A stretch of DNA of 64,000 nt. It comes from Octopus sinensis (taxonomy: Eukaryota). Shown in pieces: positions 16,803 to 28,896 of the stretch (within the stretch, counting starts at the first letter, position 1; the number at the start of each line of letters is the position of its first letter). Made by a program: the position numbers and the translations under genes. The stretch covers positions 51,398,001 to 51,462,000 of the forward strand of contig NC_042997.1 in the NCBI RefSeq assembly GCF_006345805.1, read 5' to 3'. Under the pieces are notes generated by a model. It made no database searches. It saw only the letters and a list, made by a program, of their open reading frames with translations, and had not been told where the DNA came from.

Positions 16803-17153
16803 AAATAGTAAAGAGTGAAAAAACGACGGAAGGCTTAAATGTTAAAAAATATATATATTTGCGTCAATATGTTTGAAGAATATTAGAAAATAAAAAAAAA
16901 TTTTTTTTCCTTTATAATGACATAATTTTTAAAGAAAGACCGGTTTCGCATTTAGCTTTTTCAAATTTCTTGTCACGTCACAAGAAATTTGAAAACTAAA
17001 TGCGAAACCGGTCTTTCTTTAAAAATTATGTCATTATAAAGGTTAAAAAAAAATTTTTTTTTAAATTTTCTAATATTCTTCAGACATATTGACGCAAATA
17101 TATATATTTTTTAACATTTAAGCCTTCTGTCGTTTTTTCACTCTTTACTATTT
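16803..17153. repeat. 351-bp foldback palindrome (about 170-bp arms, few mismatches) with a hammerhead motif in each arm
   Basis: Arms are reverse complements around the centre cttgt-cacgtc-acaag (about 16975). Flanked by TA repeats. Confidence 0.95.
16932..16971 (-). ncRNA. candidate minimal type I hammerhead ribozyme (Penelope-associated type, U3-A8 variant)
   Basis: Minus strand reads AAGAAA-T-TTGAAAA-A-GC TAAAT GC-GAA-ACCGGT-C-TTTCTT. 6-bp stem I, core UUGAAAA, 2-bp stem II, GAAA, palindromic ACCGGU stem III, GUC cleavage triplet. Confidence 0.6.
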
Positions 17154-17197
17154 TTTATATATTCACCCACGTGCTTTCACAAACCAACTTTCTTATC

Positions 17198-17274
<77 letters not shown>

Positions 17275-17582
17275 CACATATACATATAGATAGATAGATA
17301 AAGAGAGAGAGAGAGGTAATTATGTGGATAAACAAATTACATGTATTAAATATAATAGTTTGAGTATGAAATGCAAAGATATGTATACATGTAGATATGT
17401 ACACATGCAAACTGAGAGAAAGCAAAAGGTGGAGACTTTCAGATAATGAATATTTAAGTATAAGTATATAGATATATATATTTAGACTTAAATATCTGAA
17501 AGTCTCCACGTTTTGCTTTCTTTCATTTTGCATGTATACATACTTCCATATTTTGTACTTCATACCCAAACTATTATATTAA

Positions 17583-17747
17583 GAATATCTGAAGAAGGAA
17601 TATTATTCTGAAATATCAGATTATGGATGGCTAGATTACAACAGGTATATAGCCCATTGTCTGTATTATAGTGCATTGTTATACCATTCAAAACTTTTTA
17701 TACTTACAAACAATACACAATGCTTCAAGCAAACTACAATACTCTCC
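17583..17747 (+). mobile_element. single-arm copy of the 29-kb foldback family (Penelope pLTR-like), with flanking 15-bp direct repeats
   Basis: Aligns with 29061-29227 (atatctga.gaaggaat.ttattctga...caggtatatagcccattgt...tgcttcaagc.aactacaatactctc). ccaaactattatatt occurs at 17566-17580 and 17746-17760. Confidence 0.7.
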
Positions 17748-17955
17748 AAACTATTATATTTAATATATCTAATTTATCTGCATGATTGCCTCTATATCCA
17801 TTCAACTCATAGCTATTCTTTACGTTGTGTAATTGATCCTATGTAATGACATCAGAGTCTAAGTTTGAATCTTTTGAACACTACTAACTATCTTCTATAC
17901 TGAATACCTCTGGATCTTATCTGTGAACTATCTATCTCTCTATCTATCTATCTAT

Positions 17956-17991
<36 letters not shown>

Positions 17992-18024
17992 CACACACAC
18001 ACATATATTGAAACAAAAAGTTCA

Positions 18025-18391
18025 GGCATGGCTGTATAGTTAAAATGTGCATTCCCCAACCACATGGTTTTTTATTCATTTCTACTCTGTGGTATCTAGG
18101 GTGTCTTCTAGTATTGACCTGGTCTAGTTAATACCTTGTCAATGAATTTGGTAGACAGAAGCTGTGTGGAATTCATTCATGTCCATCTATCTGTATGTGT
18201 GTGTGTGTGTGTGTTTTCTCTCTTCTTCACTGCTTGAAACTGGTGTTATGTCCACCATTCAGCAAAAGAAGCCATAGAATAAGTACCACACCTAAAATAA
18301 GTACTTGAGTTGAATTTTTGGTTAAACCTTTCGAAGTAAGCCTCAGCTAAGCTACTGTCCAATGACCAAAACAAGTAAAAGATAAAAGATA
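18025..18391 (+). mobile_element. tRNA-derived SINE, near full length
   Basis: Head ggcatggctgtatagttaa...ccaaccacatggtt, internal (TG)n, tail ...aacaagtaaaagataaaagata. Same family as 27815-28405 and as a recalled octopus SINE. Confidence 0.7.
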
Positions 18392-18689
18392 TATGTATAT
18401 ATATTTGTATCTCCTTGTCTTGGCATCTGTGGTAATTGTAAATGGATGTAACTGTCATACAGCTTTCTGTGAAAACATGTTTGACTATGGGGGAAATATT
18501 AACCTTGCTTGGAAACAAGAAAGAGTTGTCAATAAGAATGACATCTGGCTGTAGAAAATCTACCTCAATGAGTCGTAGTTGACCCATGCAGGTATAGTAA
18601 AGTAGCATTGAAATTGTGGTGTTATGAACCAGGCTGTGTTGTAGGGAAGGATCAGAAGCAAAGGAGTAGTCATGTCCTGTTGGAAGTGG

Positions 18690-20060
18690 GGTTTGTGGAT
18701 CCCACCTCTGGGCCAGGCTCAGCCCTTTCAGCATGGCATCCAGCTCCGCCACGTTGATGTGGTTGCAGTTGTCCTTCTTCCTAAGCCAGGCCGCATCCTC
18801 CACCACGGCACCTCCAATTTCCAGGACAACTCCCATCGCCATGCTGCTGGCATCACACCACACCATCCCCTTCTTCAATTTGGGCACATACCAGTTCCCT
18901 CTTACTGGCTCCTCCGCAGTCACCCTCTCCAAGACTTCTTGCAACATGGCAGTCGTCTTCTCGCCCATGTTATCACTCCACCTCACTCCTTCAGCTTGCC
19001 TCTTGATGAAGCTGTATGCTGTCTAGAGCCATCCCCACCACGACATCAATCCCATCTACTACACGATCAATTACAATAGCCCGCAACCTCAATCTTGTTC
19101 CTCGTACCATCATCTCCACATTGCTACTTCCTCTGCATTCAACTACTATACTATCAACAGCTCTTACACTACTCACTCTACTCCATTCTTCTACCACTTC
19201 TGGAGTCATTAGGGTTGTTGAGCAGCTCGTGTCCATGAGGGCTTGTGACACCTTTCCATTCACCACGACTTCTCCTACTAGCAACAACTGTAAACGCGCC
19301 TCTATTCCTTTGATGGGACAACTACCAGTGCAGTAGTCTTCCTTGGACTGTTTCCCTGCATGCATTCACTAGTGATGTGGCCTATCTGTCTGCATCAATA
19401 GCAAATCACTCCAGGCCTGGGTTCCCGTCTGCCTGTCTTTGAGCCTAGTTCTGGGATCTCATTCCCTCTCCGAAACACCAACATGCCAGCCTTGTCTCTC
19501 TGTAGCTTGAGTCCCAGAGCAGCTCCTCCCTCCATTGCCTCAGGTGGTTTGGCAGTTAGCCCAAAACTCTTCAGGCGGCTTATGACTGCTTTGCCAACAC
19601 TATGCTCTCTTCCACCAGGAGGTCACCATTATAGGAATTGATGGCTCTTTTCACGTTGTCGGCCTTTCCCACGATGGTCTTGAGAATTGTGTCCATAATC
19701 TTCTGTGCTGAATTCAGCCCGAGTAACAACCTGGTCAGGCAGTATGTCTGTCCCTTATACCTTACAAGCTGATATTTCCACAGTCTCCCTCAAACTTACT
19801 TCTGGCATCCCCTTTCAGGGTATGCTGATAGCAGCCTACTGCATTCTGCAAATGTCAGAGGATCTCCCTTCCAGTGCCATGCCACTGTCCACTGCCGGCC
19901 ATCGAACACAGTTTGAAAATCTTTGTTTGTGATGGTGTGTGCAGTATATTTTTCTTCGCAGCTCTCACCACTCTCCCGTCGCGAACTCACAGAGCATAGC
20001 GCCCCCACATCACTGAACACTACACCAGCTTCATTGACCATAACATCTCCCAAAACATCA
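18690..20060 (-). mobile_element. rearranged, deleted Ty3/gypsy LTR-retrotransposon remnant
   Basis: RT LWKYQLVRYKGQTYCLTRLLLGLNSA...YNGDLLVEE (decayed YIDD), gag knuckle CY*CRQIGHITSEC (19362-19403), protease ALMDTSCSTTL, RNase H VWCDASSMAMG...HINVAELDAMLKG. No LTRs recognised. Confidence 0.88.
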
Positions 20061-20214
20061 GCCTGGCTCATAACACCACAGAAATTATGTTGATGATAAT
20101 GATATATGTACACACACACACACACAAACAGTCACACACACACTCACACTCATTTTTAATATATTAAAGGCACAAAATATACCATTAAATCATATGCATG
20201 TAAAAGTTATATTG

Positions 20215-20460
20215 ATTTCAAATTTTGGCACAAGGCCAGCAATTTTAGAGGAGGGGTACGTCAATTACATCAACGCCAGTTTTCAACTGGTACTTATTTT
20301 GTTGACCCTAAGAAGATTGAGCACTGTATACAATAATTTCATTATTATTATAAAAGACAAAGATGACCTTGGCGGAATTTGAACTCAAAATGTAAAGATG
20401 GGCCAAATGCCACTAAGCATTTTGCCTGGCATGCTAACAATTCTGCCAGTTCACCACCTT
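20215..20460 (-). mobile_element. second SINE family copy, interrupted
   Basis: Minus strand aggtggtgaactggcagaattgttagcatgccaggcaaaatgcttagtggcattt...gagttcaaattccgccaaggtc: tRNA-like head with a B-box-like gagttcaaattcc. Confidence 0.6.
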
Positions 20461-22876
20461 ATAAGTAATAGTAATAGCAAACAGTAAATATTTTTACTTA
20501 GATCTAAATTTATTTTGAATTTTATTTGACACAGTTAACTGTATGTAAGTTATTAATCCTTTAAGTTTGAATACTTAACAAAACATTAGAAAAAAATATT
20601 TTTAAATGTTTATAACTACATGTTAATTACTGATAAGAAAGAGCTGGAATCTGATTTATAAGAAAAATCTGTTTTTAAAAAAGTAAATTAGTTTAGTACT
20701 TTTATATCAATATATATGTGGGGGAGGGTATATTAGTGTATGTACAGGTGTGCATGTATAAGTGTGGATATGTATGAGAGAGTTGTTATATACTTATTAA
20801 ATACATAACTCACAGAATTGTCTAAGATCCCTCATCTTTTCATTTTGATGACTTGTCATTGTCTTTACTGCACTCCTATTCAGAGTGAATCTGTTTTCTA
20901 TTTACATACTTTTTTCTTTTATGCATTCTAATAGTTCATATATATATGTATATATATTTTTTTTTTCTGTTATACTTTCTACTCCATCTGTTTTTGCTTC
21001 TTCAATATTATCTTTTTGCATAACTTAAAACTTTCTTCGCTGATTATATAGCCTTGATATTTATATTTAAAAGGATATCCAAAGATATGAATAATCAGAA
21101 TATGTTTAATCATCAAAATTTATTGAAATATTATTAATATATCCCTTTTGTTAATTATATTTTCTTAAATATTTTTGAATGCACCGTATTGACCATACTT
21201 TTTTGTTACTTATTTACAGTATATAAGTAAAATTAGATGGTGTTTATTTTTACTTTGAATATTTCTTGGGGGTAAAAATCAAAAGTTGTTTTATACATAA
21301 ATGATAAACTGTATCAAATGCATTGATAGGAATATTCTAATTCAATAACATATTTTTTCCTTCATTTTAAAATTACAAAACAATTTCTTTCACCTTTCAT
21401 TGCTTAACTGTTACAAAAACATAAAAATGAATAAATAAAAGTTGGATGCTTTCAGCTTCTTTTGTTTTGAAAAATAGAATGGTGAATGCTTTTGAATAAC
21501 AGATTCTGATAAACCAAATCTGTGAACAAGTTATGATTTCCATTTGAAAACTTTTTATTTCATGTATACTTAGCAATAATCCTCAGGAGATAAATCAGAA
21601 AATTAAGATGTCTTTTTTTCACTCCTCAAAATTTTGACATCATGTAAGAAATCATTATTTTATAAAATGGAAATAAAGAACTCTAAAAGTCCCTGTTTTA
21701 TATGTAGAGTTTTCTGCTAACGTATATATTATGTAAGAGTAAGTAATCATAATTAACATTAACTAGCTGGAATTTTTAGTGTGGATGTGTACAATTTTTA
21801 GATATAGTACAAAATCATATTTTTAATATATTGTATTCATGAATCTTTGCTTTTAGAAGAAGTCTGAAAATGGAAAATAGGACACTGCATTCAATGCCTA
21901 AAATAATGATGCTAATTACTTTTTTTCTCAAAACTATTATTGTCATTATTATAAGAAATAAGTTGTTCTTATTTGTGGATTGTAGTATCATTATTTTCGA
22001 AGATATTATTGGAAAATATAAACTTTAGACACTAACGTATTAATATCAAATTAGCTACTGTAAACTCCTACTTCTTTGTTGGTATCCACGTTTGTAAAAT
22101 ACAAAAAGCTTAGGAATTAACTTGGTCTTAGTTATGCAACTTGTCATAATTAATGATGACCAAAGGTTACCTAAGATAAATTGAGGTAAAACTATTACTG
22201 AGTTTAGTAGGCAAGTAAGTCTCTAAACCACGACTGACATTATAATATATTTAGTTAAATCTGTCTAAAAAAGAAGAAAATTTATAAAAACATTGCATAA
22301 ACTCATAGTCCATCTTCCATCTACTTAAGTGGCATGCCCCAAGAGATAATCAGTGGGTTATAGTGTTGAGCAGACTAGATTATATTTACTATTGTAAAAG
22401 AACCTGTAAGATAAGCTATCTAAAATCAACAAATAAAGGTATGTAGTCCTTTAGTTTAGAGGGAAGAAGCTTTATCCTTAACCTTTTCATCATCTCTCCT
22501 TGACTGATATGTAAAGATAACTAGACAAGATTAATATTATTACAATATAGTTTAAACTTTTGCAGTTCAATACTTATATTTTGATTTTTTTTTTCCAGCA
22601 GATCAGATTGTAGGAATATATTTTGTAATTTTTCAAAGTATTTGAAGAAAGACACCAACAAAGCCTGATTGTTTATATGAATTATATATTTATATTCTTT
22701 CTTGGTTATATTTTCTATAGTCTATTTTTGTTTACTATCTTTTGTTACTATTGCTATTACTTTGAAAGTTTCAGTTGTTATGCATATTTCATGATCACTA
22801 TACAAGTGGATAACAATCCATATTCTTTTCACACTAATATTGTGTAAAAGTTCCTATATGTGAGCTAAAATATATA

Positions 22877-24420
22877 CCATAAAAACCCATGTAATTTGCA
22901 CACCTGTGTAATTTATGCAGGTGATTTTCAGGATAAAAATTGTTAAAAAAAAGCTTCTACTCATGTAAAATTTGCGCCCAAAAGTTTTCAGAAGTGCCAG
23001 GGGGAAAATGTTTTCAATTTAATTGTATTTAGCATAATTTCACTTACTTATGATTAGATTTTATTAAATTTTCACTAAATAAAAATAATTTCTGTTTAAC
23101 AAGTATCCCATTGAAAGCTATTAAATTACGAAGTGTCTGTGTTGTTTATAATAAACTTTATTTTGCATTTCTTGCCCACAAGAGATTATGTCTGATCTTT
23201 AGCATCTGTATGTCTTCTCAAATCACAATCACTGGAAAAGTTGTTGATAATTCGTATCAACAAAAACAAAGCTGATAAATACACACAAGTGTTGCAAAAT
23301 AAGTTTAATTACCAATAAACACCAGCTTTGATGACACTTTACTCAACCAACAGAGGAAGATGACTGATCAAACTGATTATGTAAACAGAATTCTGATTGG
23401 TCATAAGTGTCTTCTTGTCTCAAGCTCTGATTTTCTGCCTATTGCTGTCAGAACCCTTTATACGGAGTATTGAAATTTTAATCCCTTTCACACTTACAAA
23501 GTGTCAAGCAAACTTTAAAATTTGTCATTACCATTTTAGCTGGGAGACCAAACTGATAGTTTGGTAACCCACTAAAATGAATATTAAAAATCGAAAAGAG
23601 AAAATAAACAGCTTTGCAAGTTTAATTCAGTGTTTATTGAACAAGAGAGGTGCAAAATTTAAGAAGCAATTTGTTGGAATATACACATCTGTGAGGAGAC
23701 ATAAACAAGAATAGCAAAAATCTACTATACCGAAAGAACTAGTTATACATACATTACAAGTCTTCTTATATAATTCAACATGAATGTGAAACAACATTAA
23801 ACATCATATAAGGTAAATGAAGGTTTCTGTAGGAATGCTAAGTCATATTCACTTAGTGAGTTTACATGTGCAAGGATGAATTATGATGTTGTCATTGGCA
23901 TTAGATGCAGTAAGAGCTGGTAGTGGCGATGCTGGCAGTGATGAATTTCATTGTCCAAGCATGGAGAAAGCAAGCAATAGCTTCCTGGAGGCAAACACAA
24001 GCTAGACTTGTTAAGCAGAGAAAAACTGATTGTTTAAGGACATTGCTGGGCTCTATTGCAATAGGTAGAAACTCCAAGCAATATAAAATATGGCCCAGAT
24101 CATAATTACCAGCATGAATGTCAAATTTCAAAAAGTATTTGACCATTTAATGGTTTTAGTAAATTTATACAGAAAATGTAAGCATTATACTATCCAGCAT
24201 AAATGAAAGTCAATTTCATAATATTTTTTCTGTAAAAACATATTCTGATATTAAATGAGTCAACTTCCAGTACGATTGTTTACATTTGTATGCCATTTTT
24301 CAACAAAACAAAAATTCTAAGAAAATTCTGGAAATGATCTACTCATGTAGTTTACACACCCACAAAAGTTTATTTTTGTTTTTGCGGAAAAAAGTGCATA
24401 AATTATATGGGTTTTTACAG
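22877..24420. mobile_element. non-autonomous Tc1/pogo-type TIR element (about 1.5 kb)
   Basis: TA-ccataaaaacccatgtaattt ... aaattatatgggtttttacag-TA: imperfect TIRs with TA flanks. No transposase recognised inside. Confidence 0.6.
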
Positions 24421-25402
24421 TAGATTTTTAAAAATTAGAATTATTATCATTATTATTTTTGAAATTTCCTAATATTCTTTAAATGGCAGTTTAAACTATC
24501 ATCACTTGTCATTGATCTATTTAAGAAATGAAACCACATTGCACTAAGTATGTGTTTAAGTGTTTAGATAGTTACTTTTTTAGAGATTAAAAAATTTTTT
24601 TTTCAAATTATGTATTTTTGTGTAGTTGTTTTTGTATAGAATTAGTGTGAATAGCATATCAAATGTTACCATATTATACATAAAATTATCATTACTTAGT
24701 CCTTTAATAAATCTTAAAATATTAATTTTCATAATTTAAATTAGTTCTGTTGAGATTTTATTTTTTAATATTTTTTGTTCTGTAAGTATTCAAAATAAAC
24801 TATTTTAGCTTTAGTTTTTAAGTTGTGTACAGTATATAATTATTTTATGTTGATTGGTTTGTATTTATATTTTTATTTTTGTTGACTATTTGAAGCAAAA
24901 GTTAAATGTTTAATATCTTTTTATTCATGCTAAATTCGTTTAAAAAATGGGGTGAACAACTTTCTGTTTTGTATTTCAATTTTAATTACGGCTTTAACAA
25001 ATTATCTATTATTGGTCAAATTTTGTATCATCTGCGAAGTTTTTAGAAATTCACAAATCCAGTGTTTACAAACATCTAATTTTAACATAATTTTTTAAGT
25101 TTAGTTTTACCAGTTGCTGAAGTGAGCAGAGGTTAAAACAAACACACCTCTTCCTCAATTAATACTATAAACTAGTTAAGTGTGCTTTCAAATGAACTAA
25201 ATTAAACGAATTTCTCAAGGTGTTTACCATTCAAGGAATCTACTATTACTAATATATAAGAAAATTTATTTCAAGACTTTCCCAACAGAATGAAACTTGA
25301 TTATAAAATAATGCTTAGATTCAGTTTACAATACAATTCATTTCAGTACAACAGTCCCATTTATAAAGTGGAGAATAAAGGTTGGAGCTTATTTATAGAT
25401 AA

Positions 25403-27200
25403 CTAGCAGAATTGCCCGGCGATGCTCGGGGCTGATTTGCTTGAAAGTACTGTTAATGATTGCACTGAATTATGATGATTATTCGGGCAAATATTGATAT
25501 AAGTTTACGGTGGGAGATAAGGACTTAACGATCAAATGTGTGCCATTGCATTGTTTTGGGGGAACCAAATTTCTAATGAGCATTATAGGGGCACCAACTT
25601 TAAGTTTGAGAATGTGTGGTGGTAGTCCGGGGGGCTGAAAGGAATTGAGTACCCCTATTGGATAGTTGATGACGTCCTCTGGGTCAGGAGTTGTATCGAT
25701 AGACATCCCCAGGAATGAGTTTTAGCATTTCATCATTAATATGGTGAACAGTTTTATTCCTCGGGGCCAGAATAGCCCTTTGGCCAATCCAATCCATATT
25801 CTGATAATTAGCTTGTAGATCTGGGAACACTGCATCTCTGAGATCAGAAGGCGTTTTAACAATGGTACAAATGGAATCGATGGCAATATTACCATTTTCA
25901 TCCCCTGGTATTTTGCCTTTGCCAAGTGCAAGGAGGGTGTGAGAAAATGCTGCTGATGTGATATTACGTCGCATATGAGCACGCATATTGGTGTGAAGTT
26001 TGAGAGTATTCACCAGTGGCCACAATGTGGATGACTTAAGACACGCACTTACTGCATCAGCTCTAGTCCCTTTGGGAATAACAGGAAGTGTTTGTCAGAA
26101 GCCCCCTGAAAGAAGAAGTGTTATGCCTGACATGGGAGCTGAAGAGTGTTTGATGTCTCTGAGAGATCTATCTAGTGCCTCAAGAGCACCTCTGTGGGCC
26201 ATCGTGCATTCATCCCAAACAATAAGCTTGCATCATCTGAAGACTTCTGCCTGATCGGAGCTGTTACTGATGTTGCAAGTTGGTGTCTCAGTCTTCGCTA
26301 AGTCAAGCGGAAGCTTGAAAGTGGAGTGAGCTGTCCTGCCACCTGGCAACAAAGTAGCCGCAATTCCAGATGATGGCACAGCTAGGGCAATGCCTTGCAT
26401 TCGCCTAATCTCAGCCAATATTAATTTGTTGACAAAAGTTTTCCCAGTGCCCCCAGGAGCGTCCAGGAAAAAAATCCCCCCAGCTTTGGCCTGGATTGAA
26501 TTAACAACGGAGTTATAAGCAAACTTCTGTTCTGGAAGGAGCTTTGGCTCATTGTTGGCTATGTACTCGGCAAGCTCGTCAACATTAAAACATGTCTCAC
26601 GCAGCTAATGTGAAGACAGAGTGTTTGTGCCTTCCCGGTTTGTTGAAGGTAGGCCATAGACCGGCAAGGCACTACCGCCCATATCAAGTACGGTATCTTC
26701 GAACGTAGTTTGTTACCACACAGCCACACCTATGTATGAGTGTGTGTGTGTGTGTATGGGTAACAATACTCAAAATATATAACAGACTGGAATTGTAGGC
26801 CCATCTCTTGCAATTTCGATCAATTGGATCTTGTCCTCCTTCTTGTATGGAAGTGTACGGCTGCAGCAAAATTCATTTTTGGAGTTTCTTCTATCGAAGG
26901 CATTTTAACAAAAATGCTTCCGTAAAGATGGTGAAAATATTGTCAATTTCCCCAAACAAGGACACAATTCAATTTTGAAACAATAACGAAAGCTCCTTCT
27001 CCAAAAGAGGGAGGGTTATTGTTTACAATTATTTAACAAATGCAACACAACAACGTTTCCCTGACGAGAATCCAACAAACGTGATTACTATAGTCAAACA
27101 GTAATAATAATAACAAACCTTTTTAATTTATCCCCATTTATGTGAAACCACTTATTCAAGTTCAAGTCATTGATGCAATTTTATACGAATTGCTAATACA
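25403..27200 (-). mobile_element. deleted Helitron (PIF1-like helicase pseudogene, intact 3' terminus; 5' end approximate)
   Basis: FFLDAPGGTGKTF (Walker A), LIVWDECTM (Walker B), SGIAATLLPGGRTAHSTFKLP, AILAPRN, LKLKVGAPIMLIRNL..CNGT. The 3' hairpin CCCG-agcatcgc-CGGG (25415-25430) is followed by CTAG|T at 25403. Stops and frameshifts; Rep domain absent. Confidence 0.92.
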
Positions 27201-27814
27201 CACACACACATAATAAGGGTGAAAAATTGAATATTAATTTGATTAATATGAATTGAAAACCAGTGGTGTAGCATATAAGACCATAGCGGATCTTCCTCTA
27301 GCAAAAAGGATGACCAGTATTAATGGCTCATCCCTGTTATATAAATACTTTCACTTTAATTGTTGCACACTTGCAAAGAGAAAGGAGGAGAAAGTGTAGT
27401 GGTAATGGAAGGAGTGAAGCACTTGAAATGGAAGAGGGAAATCGTAAAATATTGAGTTTTCTTGAATTTTTGCGTAATTGGGGGTCAAATTGAAAAAACT
27501 TTACATGCCATGACCCAATCGAATCTACTTGGAAAAATCATAGGTAAATTCCAATTGAAGAAATTCTATATTGTAGAATTGTATTAAAAAGAAACATGGG
27601 AACAGGCAGAGAAAATTTGCCTTTTATCACAAGAGATATTTTTATATCATGAAAAACTGCAATAAACAGAATTGTAATTTTTTTATGATAAGTGTACAAA
27701 TGTCTAGTCGAACTTGTAACTTTTACCAAAAAAGCATCTATTAACAAAAGTAAATCTAATGGAATGTAAATAAAATATTCACCACATCCAAAAATCTAAA
27801 CATTTCCCTGCAAA

Positions 27815-28405
27815 GGCTCAGATGTGGCTGTATGGTTAAGAAACTAATTTTGCCACCACATAGTTTCAGATTCAATTCTACTTCACAACGCTTTGAGCAA
27901 GTGTCTTCTGTTATGGCCTCAAGTTGACCAATATCTTGTGGGTAGAATATAATAGAAGGAAACTGTGAATAACTGTTTATATTGAATATTGCACATGGCG
28001 GAGATGTAAATGGACCCCTCCCCACCTTTAGAATTTTTTTTTTTTTTACAGAATCACTTTGGAGATTCCAATTCTGAAAAAAAATTTTCAAAAATCACAA
28101 CTTAAAAAATTTTTTTCAGAATCATAATCTCCATATTTTTCTACATATTTCACAAAAAAATTTCCATAAAAAGTGAAAAGTGAAGAAATGGGGGTATTTG
28201 TGGGGATTGAAATTTTGAAGTTGCGATTTTTGGAAATTTTTTTTCAGAATCAGAATCGCCATAGCCGAAAACATGGAATTCCATAAAAAAATTTTTTTAA
28301 GCGGGAAGGGGTCTGTTTATGTCTCCACCATGTGCACCATCAACTTAATCCCTTAAATGTGGTGCCCCAGCATAACCACACTCCAACAAGTGAAACCAGT
28401 AAAAT
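27815..28405 (+). mobile_element. SINE (same family as 18025-18391) interrupted by a MITE
   Basis: 5' part gatgtggctgtatggttaag...ttgagcaagtgtcttct, 3' part gtggtgccccagcataaccac...gaaaccagtaaaata. Confidence 0.65.
27990..28336. mobile_element. MITE with about 45-bp TIRs and subterminal inverted repeats
   Basis: tgcacatggcggagatgtaaatggacccct... / ...aggggtctgtttatgtctccaccatgtgca. Inner pair attctgaaaaaaaattttcaaaaatcacaactt / aagttgcgatttttggaaatttttttcagaat. Confidence 0.75.
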
Positions 28406-28896
28406 AGCAATAATCATTATAATATGCTATTCTGAAAATTATAACTATTTATGAATATACTTTATATATATTGTTTCTTCGAATATGATAAAAGATCTGA
28501 GTTTGGAGATTTTAAAAATTGTTATAAATTAATTCATTCATTTATGTAAATATCAGTTTCTGTCTTTCTCTTACTTCATTTCTTTATCCCTCTCTCTCAA
28601 ACACAGATACAAACACACACATATAGGCCCACTTTCTTATACATAAACTTAAGACATGTTTGTATCATTTTAGGTCTGACTGTTTTATGTGCCAAAATGT
28701 AAAATTTTATTAAAGTTTAGATCCCTTTTACTATCTAATAGAATTAATGCTCAAGTGCATAGGTAGTAGTAACGATAATATCTTTTTTAGTCACCTACCA
28801 GTCTGTAGTATAGAAGTCTAAGAAAACTAAATGTGGTACTTTTAATTTTACTAAGAATACAAAATAATTATTATTCATAAAGAATAAAGTGTTCCA

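Noticed and set aside
18025-18100. tRNA-like heads here, at 20380-20460 and at 27815-27900
   Set aside because: They continue into SINE bodies and tails and do not form cloverleaves, so they are not tRNA genes.
18672-19336. + strand ORFs 18672-19079, 18733-19026 and 19016-19336
   Set aside because: Antisense shadows of the gypsy coding remnant.
26000-26254. + strand ORF of 84 aa
   Set aside because: Antisense to the Helitron helicase.
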